The notes under the pieces: generated by a model
What the model was told of the DNA's origin: nothing
What the model saw: the letters and a program-made list of their open reading frames with translations, nothing else
Database searches by the model: none
Program-made: the position numbers and the translations under genes
Source of the DNA: Alphaproteobacteria bacterium
GTDB lineage: Bacteria > Pseudomonadota > Alphaproteobacteria > SP197
NCBI GenBank assembly: GCA_965215635.1
Contig: CBDCEA010000004.1
Span: 731,157 to 795,156 of the forward strand
Reading direction: 5' to 3'
DNA length: 64,000 nucleotides
In this document: positions 57,519 through 64,000 of the stretch, piece after piece
Position numbering within the stretch: position 1 is the stretch's first letter
Layout of the letters: every line of letters starts with the position of its first letter

Positions 57519-58732
57519 ATGATCTCTCGAAGGAGACGTGACCATGATGATCCGCATGTTGTCCATGCCCGAGCGGCGGGTTTGGATGTCCGCAAGATGG
57601 CGGTGACTGCAACGGTTCGGCTGTGTGTTGGAAGCGGCGAACCGGTGTGCGAGAGCCGCGGCTTCAGTGCCCTGCCGCGCGGTCTCGACGATCTTGTGAG
57701 CTGGCTGGTGTGCCACGGTGTCGAGGCGGCGGCGATGGAGGGCACCGGTGTTTACTGGCGGACACCATGGGAGAGGCTGACCGGCGCCGGGATCGAGGTG
57801 GAACGGCTGCATGCCCAGCATGTCAAACAGTCAATGGCCGCAAGACCGACATTGCCGACAGTATCTCGCTGGCCCGCATCTCAAAGCTTCAGCCTGTGCA
57901 GGGAGAGCATGGTGCCGCCGCGCGCCTTCCGCAGCCTTCGCAAGGTCTCGCGCATGCGCCGCCAGGTGGTCCGCGAACGGGCACGGGCAAGGAACCGGAT
58001 CCACAAGATCCTCGATGCCTCGGGTCTCCGGCATCCTCTCCGACCTCTTCGGCGCCAATGGCATGCGCATCCTGAAGGGGCCTGGTCGAGAACGTGCCGC
58101 GCGAGACGATCCTGGCCTCGCTGACCAGCCATGCGATGTCCTGACCGCCTGCAGCCTCTTTCTCCTGCGTGATCAGCTCGACGCCTTCGACGATGCCACC
58201 AGAAGGCTCGAGCACTACGATGAGGTCATCAACGACGGGCTGGCTGAACACCAGGATCAGATCGACCTGATGATGACGATACCCGGCATCATCAGGGCTG
58301 CACCATCCTCCTCGAGATCGGACCCGACATCACCGTGTTCTCCTCACGACGCCGGGTTGCCGCGTGGGCGGGCCTGTATCCCGGCAACAACGAAAGCGCC
58401 GGCAAACGGCACTCGGGCAGAACCCGGCGCGGCAACACCACACTGCGCGAGGTCCTCATCGAATGTACCCGGGGTGCCGCATGGACCCGGAACTGTCAGT
58501 TCCAGGGCCTACCACAAGGACCTGGCCGTCCGCAGAGGCTACTGCAAGGCCAGCGTCGCCACCGCAGATGCTGCGCGTCATCTACAGCGTGTTGAAGAGT
58601 ACCGTGTCCTACCACGACCCCGACCACGAGGCGGCCATGGTCCAACGCAATGCTCAACGCTGGATCACGATGCTGAAGAAATACAGCATCGATCCCGCGA
58701 CATGGTCCAGCCGAACCCGGACCGTTGCCTGA
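57519..58732 (+). pseudogene. IS110-family transposase, at least four frame breaks
   Basis: Pieces in three frames read AGLDVRKMAVTATV, AMEGTGVYW, NGRKTDIADS, MVPPRAFRSLRKVSRMRRQVVRERARARNRIHKILD, TIPGI, AAWAGLYPGNNESAGKRHSGRTRRGN and ...MLRVIYSVLKSTVSYHDP. Confidence 0.75.
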
Positions 58733-59228
58733 GAAACATTCCCGGCCGCGGCACACACAGCCGGCCTGAGAGAGCCATCAACACCATCGTCAAACCGAAA
58801 ACCGGCGCCGGGCCATAAGGCGGGGTCGCCCAAACCGCCAGACTTCGTCAACGACAAGGTGCTCCACACTGGACCCCTTGCCCAGGTAGCCCAACACTTC
58901 CGTTCGCCTGGACTGCAAACATGTTAAACATGTTACACAGCAAAGATCCAGGCCCGCGCCCGCGCGACTTCCGCGATTGGACCGTTATGGCCACCATCGA
59001 CAAAGGGGTTAAGGGATTCTTGTCGAAAAGCAGCGACCCCGGGTGCCGGGACCTTGGGACCTGGGTCTTCGGTGGTCGAAGGAGGATTGGTTCTGGCACG
59101 AGTGTGAAATGCCGTCCGTCGCGTTACCGGTGCCACCTGAACGCAGGTACCTCTTCGCAGAAATCACTTCATGATCTCGCGAATGAACCTGGCATTCATC
59201 CTGCCGGCTGATGATCGACTCTTCCATG

Positions 59229-60275
59229 TCAGTTACGGTCGCCCGTTTCATCCAGGTGCCGGCGTAAGGCGACGATGTGGGAGACAGTCAGGCCGCAGCA
59301 ACCTCCCAGGATTTGCACGCCGGCCGCGGTCCATCGCCTGCAATAGTCGACAAAACACGCATCATCGACCGTTGGATCCACCGTGATCAGGTGATCCGGA
59401 TCGGGATTCACGTCATCCAGCGAATCCGGATATGCCATCAACGGGCCCGACCAGCGCTCCTTAAGCATCTCGAGGGCAGCAAGGGTCACTTCGGGCCGAC
59501 TGTGCATGATTCCCATTACATCAGCCCCGCCTTCGGCCATGATTGGATCCAGGACGTCGGCGAGGGGCACGGTATCGTTTGTATAGGTCCGCAATACGTC
59601 GTCATGGATCCTGGCCGTGGATATTCCCAACCAGAATGGAAGCCCGCTAGCCTTGGCAGCGCGCATGACACAGGGCGTGAACTTCGGGCATCCCATCATC
59701 TCGGCCATGATCATGTCACAGCCGGCATCCCTCAAGATCGCTGCCATCTCGGCGCAATCGGCTTCGAACCTGGCAATGTCACTCACCTCCGGCGACCAGC
59801 CGCCAGCGCGTGCGGGTCGCGTATGGGAAATCGATCCTGCGACCAGCACGGGGCCACGGTGACCGGGCGTGCTGTCCCTTGCAGCCACCGCAATTTCGAC
59901 CGCTTTTCGATTGAGTGATTCGAAACGGTCTCCGTAACCCACGGGCTCCAGCACCTCGCGAGTTGTGGCGAAGGTATTGGTCGTCACGACTCGCGCACCG
60001 GCCCGGATGTAGTCGGCATGGATGTCAAAGAGAACATCACCGTGGGATTCCGTTGCCAATGCGCACCAGGCTCTGTCGTGCATCGGTACGCCGCGACGCT
60101 CCAGCTCAGTGCCTGTGGCGCCGTCGATGACGATGACTTTACCATCCGAAATTTCCCTGAGAACGGCATCGTAGGTCACTTGCCTTGCCTCCGCTGTGAT
60201 ATTCTTTCCGATCCAGCTTAGGTCGACACGGTTACTGACGGCGAGCAACGTCGGTTGTTCAAACGGACAATTCAC
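59229..60275 (-). CDS. homocysteine S-methyltransferase family protein
   Basis: The 348-aa ORF has VIVIDGATGTELERRG, VVTTNTFATT, and the C-terminal zinc-ligand motif ILGGCCGLT. The true start may be internal. Confidence 0.8.
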   Translation of the reverse strand: MNCPFEQPTLLAVSNRVDLSWIGKNITAEARQVTYDAVLREISDGKVIVIDGATGTELERRGVPMHDRAWCALATESHGDVLFDIHADYIRAGARVVTTNTFATTREVLEPVGYGDRFESLNRKAVEIAVAARDSTPGHRGPVLVAGSISHTRPARAGGWSPEVSDIARFEADCAEMAAILRDAGCDMIMAEMMGCPKFTPCVMRAAKASGLPFWLGISTARIHDDVLRTYTNDTVPLADVLDPIMAEGGADVMGIMHSRPEVTLAALEMLKERWSGPLMAYPDSLDDVNPDPDHLITVDPTVDDACFVDYCRRWTAAGVQILGGCCGLTVSHIVALRRHLDETGDRN

Positions 60276-60595
60276 CGGGCAGGTTGACGGAATCGCAATG
60301 CTGGATTCATGTATCTGGACCGGGCGTAGCGCCTTTGAAACCGGTCGGCAACCACAATGTCAAGCTCGTCCTTTCCGGAGCGCATGTGATCGAGGCCCTG
60401 GAGAACGGGGTGAGCCGGATCGCGGAAGTCGCGGAACGGTTTCCACAGGATTCAGGCCTTGCCTTATCATTCGGCGGTTGAGGTCTTGGATGATCAGACT
60501 TCTGACACCGTCTTGGAGGCGGAGCGGGCAGTCCTCACGGCAAGGCTAGCGGAATTCCTTGAAGACGATCTGGAAAGCGGACAACGCGGATAGAA

Positions 60596-61665
60596 ATGTC
60601 CGGGATCATTCTGGCTTACAGCGACAAGATCAGCGCCTGTTCCGGCGGGACGATCGCCTTTAAGGTCCATTGCGAGCGGCCGCAGTCTTGCCGCTATCGC
60701 GTGGTGCGTCTGATTTGCGGGGACGACAGCGAGACAGGTCCGGGCCTCAAGTTCGAAGAGACCGAGACGCTTCCCGCGGGGAAGTTCCCCGGTCGACGTC
60801 AAAGGATTCAGTGCGGGTCGTATGTCGTCGTCCCCTTCAAGAGGTTATTGGCCTGGCGAGAGGAGATAGAGTTTCAAGCGCATATTTGGCCGACGCTCAC
60901 CGGCGTCGGTATTCAGACAATTGCCTCCCATTGCGATGATTCCGGACAGGGCCTGGAACCCGGCGTAGATGGCGGCGCCCGGTTGTTCCTGCGAATCCGT
61001 GGGCTTGACGGCCGCGTGACATGCCTGGTCCTCGATCAGGCGTTGCGAAACAGGGAATGGATTTATGTGCGGGCAGCCTATGACAGCCGATCTGGTCGCA
61101 TGAGTCTCGAAGCTGACAACAGGTCCGGCGTTGCCCTCCCGGGTGAGCGCGCGCAACAGGTGGAGACAACCGGCATTGCCGGGGTTATCGGCGCCGAACA
61201 GCCGTTCTTCATCGCCGCGCACGCATCTCCCGACGATGCTGCTACTTCAACGGGAAGATCGAGAGTCCCCGGTTATGGTCGGGCGGAAAGGCCCTGGCCT
61301 GCTGGGACTTCGCCGCCGATATCGCGTCGACCCAGATCACCGACAGATCAGGGCACGGCCTGCGCCGGGAAACGGTAAATCTGCCTACCCGCGCGGTAAC
61401 CGGCCACAACTGGACCGGCGCCATCCACGACTGGCGCTACGCGCCCGAACAATGCGGCGCGGTCCATTTTCATGAAGACGACATCTACGACGCAAAATGG
61501 GAGACCGACTTCGAGGTGCAGGTGCCGGAGAGTGTTCGAAGCGCGATCTACGGCGCCTGGATCACGGGCGAGGACGGCTCGGAGCATGTCCAACCCTTCG
61601 TGGTAAAGCCGCGCCATCGGGCGCCTCAAGCAGTCAGGTTATCGTTTCCTGCGGATACCCATCCG
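60596..61665 (+). pseudogene. N,N-dimethylformamidase large-subunit-like protein, frameshifted and truncated
   Basis: ORF 60596..61378 (ILAYSDKISACSGGTIAFKV...VRLICGDD...GSYVVV) continues in another frame from about 61245 (YFNGKIESPRLW...VNLPTRAVTGHNWTG...AVHFHEDDIYDAKWETDF...FVVKPR). Similarity is then lost after about 61665. Confidence 0.55.
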
Positions 61666-61991
61666 ATTCCACGGGGACCGGAACGCTGCCTCTTCGTCTC
61701 AACGAAGACCCCCGTAAGTGGAGGAATTCCGCCAGACTCGGCCTGGATCCGGCGTCTGCGGCGGACGTCACGACGGGAAGGTTGTGGGTCTGAGGGTTGG
61801 GCATTCCTCGGGTCGAAGATGGCAGCCGTGACGACACTAGTGGTGGGGGCGTAACCGGCCGCGTGACTTCCTCGGCACGCGATGGTCGAACGCTAGCTTT
61901 GAGGAATCACAGCCCTTTCCGGAAAATTTGTCGGACACAGGTTGTACCTTCCGGACACATATTCGTCCTCGTATCGTTGCTAGGTGTCTGC

Positions 61992-63069
61992 TAGAGCGTT
62001 ATCCTATCTGATTGAATCGAAAGGGGATTCCCAAGGTTATGGATTTGTGATTCACACTATCTGCCGGGAAGGAGGCCGGTAGATATGTCGAAAGCACTTT
62101 CCTTTGATCTTCGGGTTCGGGTCTTGGCTGTTGTTGCGGCGGGTGCGAGCCACCGGGTTGCGGCGGCACGGTTCGGCGTGAGCGCGGCGAGTGTCAGCCG
62201 GTGGCGCCAGCGATCGCGGTCGCAGGGCGACCCGCGGTCGGGAGCGCTGGGCGGTGACCGCCGCTCGGTCCACATTGAGGCACATCAGGAGCTGGTCCTC
62301 GGGCTGGTCGGGGAGACCCCCGATATCACCATTGAGGAGCTACGCCAGTCTCTTGCCAGGCGGGGGCTGGGGTTCGGTTACGGCACGGTCCAACGCTTCC
62401 TGGTACGCCACGGGATGACCCGCAAGAAGAAGACCGACCATGCCAGTGAACAGGAGCGTACAGATGTGCTGGCCCGGCGACAGAACTGGCTCGACAGTCA
62501 GCCCGGGCTCGACCCGGCGCGACTGGTGTTCATCGACGAGACCTGGGCCAAGACTAACATGATGCGCACACACGGCCGCGCGCCACGTGGCCAGCGTCTG
62601 CGGATGGGCCGGCCGCACGGCCATTGGAAGACCTCGACTTTCGTCGCCGGTCTCACCGTGCGCGGCATGATTGCGCCCTTCGTGCTCGACGGGCCGATTA
62701 ACCGTCGAGCCTTCGAGACCTACGTTGAGAAGATCCTCGTCCCCGAATTGCGCTCCGGCGACATCGTCATCATGGACAACCTCTCAAGCCACAAGGGGCC
62801 TGGGGTCCGCCAAAGCATCGAGGCCGCCGGCGCCGAGATCCGCTTCCTGCCGCCCTACAGCCCCGACTCGAGATGGCCTTCGCCAAGACTTCAACCCCAT
62901 CGAGATGGCCTTCGCCAAGCTCAAAGCGATACTTCGCAAAACCGCCGAGCGCACCGTCGAAGATCTGTGGGCCGCAATCGGAAAAATCATCGAAACCTTC
63001 GCACCCGACGAATGCAGAAACTACTTCAAAGCTGCGGGTTATGATCCAAGTTGATCGGATTTCGCACTA
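61992..63069 (+). mobile_element. IS630-family insertion sequence
   Basis: The inverted repeats are TAGAGCGTTATCCTATC (61992-) and the reverse complement of GATCGGATTTCGCACTA (..63069). Both ends terminate in TA, as expected for IS630 TA-target duplication. Confidence 0.7.
62085..63054 (+). pseudogene. IS630-family transposase disrupted by a 22-nt insertion
   Basis: ORF 62085..63044 is correct up to ...LPPYSPD. The insert CGAGATGGCCTTCGCCAAGACT (62869-62890) shifts the frame. The proper continuation [17 protein letters not shown]...KAAGYDPS is in ORF 62671..63054. Confidence 0.8.
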
Positions 63070-63089
63070 GCCGACCTCTACGACCCTGA

Positions 63090-63719
63090 CCTGATGCCGA
63101 CGAACCTGCGCCGTGCTACACGGTCCGGGCCAACTGGAAGCTGATCGCCGAAAACGCCATGGAGGCCTATCATACGGGAACGGTCCACAGCGCCTCGCTG
63201 GGCGCTCAAGCATCCCGCGAGCTCGTGACACGCGGTCACTGGGATGCCATCCAGGTCCTCGGCGAGGCCTCGATCGCCGTGCTTCCGGGCGAGGATGCCC
63301 CGTTTCCCGCGGTTCGGACACTCACGCAAGAAGCCCGGGCCGGCACCTACTTCACGACGCTCCATCCCAACACCCAGTTCGCCTGTGTCCAGGACAGCAT
63401 GTGGTGGCTCCACTACCGCCCCCTTTCGCCCGATCGAACGCATCTCGAGGTCGGCCAGTGCTTCCCCGGGTCGACCACAAAAAGAGACGACTTCGCAGCC
63501 AGATCGAGGCTCTACTTCCATCGTTGGGACACCGGTATCGACGAGGATAACGCCATCTGCGAGGCCCAGCAGGAAGGCCTTTCCTCTCCCTTCCACCGGC
63601 CCGGCCGTCTCTCGCGCCGCGAGAGGGCGGTCCATCGCCTCAACAACTGGATCCTCGACCAGACGATCGACGACGGCCACGCCACCCGCCGCATTGACGG
63701 TGCCCGAGCAACCCATTAG
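63090..63719 (+). pseudogene. C-terminal (catalytic-domain) fragment of a Rieske-type ring-hydroxylating oxygenase alpha subunit
   Basis: ...YTVRANWKLIAENAMEAYHTGTVH... (mononuclear-iron His motif) runs through ORF 63159..63719. No Rieske N-domain is present. It starts right at the IS630 end. Confidence 0.6.
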
Positions 63720-63729
63720 AACCGGCAGC

Positions 63730-63820
63730 GGAGAGGTGGCCGAGCGGTTGAAGGCGCTCCCCTGCTAAGGGAGTATGGGTCAAAAACTCATCGAGGGTTC
63801 GAATCCCTTCCTCTCCGCCA
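63730..63820 (+). tRNA. tRNA-Ser (anticodon GCU)
   Basis: The 91-nt sequence GGAGAGGTGGCCGAGCGGTTGAAGGCGCTCCCCTGCTAAGGGAG...GGGTTCGAATCCCTTCCTCTCCGCCA has a 7-bp acceptor stem, a long variable arm, the anticodon loop CT-GCT-AA, and an encoded CCA. Confidence 0.9.
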
Positions 63821-64000
63821 TGAATACTATGTATCACATTGTATTATATGTTTGTTTCTGAATTTCTGTCAGTATGAACCCCACTATGTTCCCACATACT
63901 GGTTCAGAACGAGCTAGACGTTTCAAGCATTCGACAACGCCTGACATGGTTCAGCCAGAAATGATGGCGCTGGGCGCTGGCATCGCCGGTGAGGGCTTGA

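Noticed and set aside
60284-60481. A 65-aa ORF upstream of the DMFase-like pseudogene that could be the DMFase small subunit.
   Set aside because: I can recall no sequence feature that supports this assignment. The region may be another gene fragment.
1-64000. A search for CRISPR arrays, rRNA genes, and classic multi-gene defence systems (RM, CBASS, Druantia, toxin-antitoxin pairs).
   Set aside because: I saw no regularly spaced direct repeats or rRNA-like sequence. The DUF4338 genes lack the large helicase/DUF1998 partners of Druantia. The RHH ORFs have no adjacent toxin-like partner.

Overview
The window is high-G+C (judged by eye, not computed) and looks proteobacterial, most likely an alphaproteobacterial (Rhizobiales/Rhodobacterales-like) chromosome or megaplasmid segment. 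It has two very different halves. Positions 1-27.3 kb hold ordinary, tightly packed metabolic genes: two DsbA paralogs, an IMPase-family gene, acyl-CoA dehydrogenases, a PotABCD-like ABC importer, a class-III aminotransferase, an LLM monooxygenase with a flavin reductase, two PhyH dioxygenases, gcdH, hemB, a CoA-transferase, an Ntn acylase and an N-formylglutamate amidohydrolase. This half is interrupted at 4.0-7.7 kb by a small patch of mobile-element debris: a group II intron, an IS66 remnant and an IS630 remnant. Positions 27.3-63.7 kb are a dense mosaic of mobile DNA that ends at tRNA-Ser(GCU) (63730-63820). The mosaic contains an ISAs1-type element with a DUF4338 fusion, a TniA/TniB-like module with a Toprim gene, and IS21 debris. 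It also has an IS5-family element split by an IS21 element, which is itself split by a three-tyrosine-recombinase RIT element. Further on are a truncated IS630, a second group II intron copy split by a 2.7-kb large-serine-recombinase element, an IS66-like element carrying a DUF4338 gene, an IS110 pseudogene and another IS630. Nearly every transposase here is frameshifted, truncated or interrupted. A few cargo genes sit between the elements: an orphan proV, two RHH/MobC-like ORFs, an AT-rich TatD-like gene, an HtrA-like protease, a family-3 binding protein and a homocysteine methyltransferase. Four items are most worth a second look. (1) Two small paralogous ORFs have an N-terminal bZIP-like basic region, and each sits beside the perfect palindrome CGTTACGTAACG. 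(2) The compact serine-recombinase element has ends that rebuild a perfect palindromic att site. (3) DUF4338 is coupled to two unrelated transposase families. (4) The nested insertions can be fully reconstructed from exact target-site duplications. All coordinates for non-ORF features were read by hand and may be off by a few nt.
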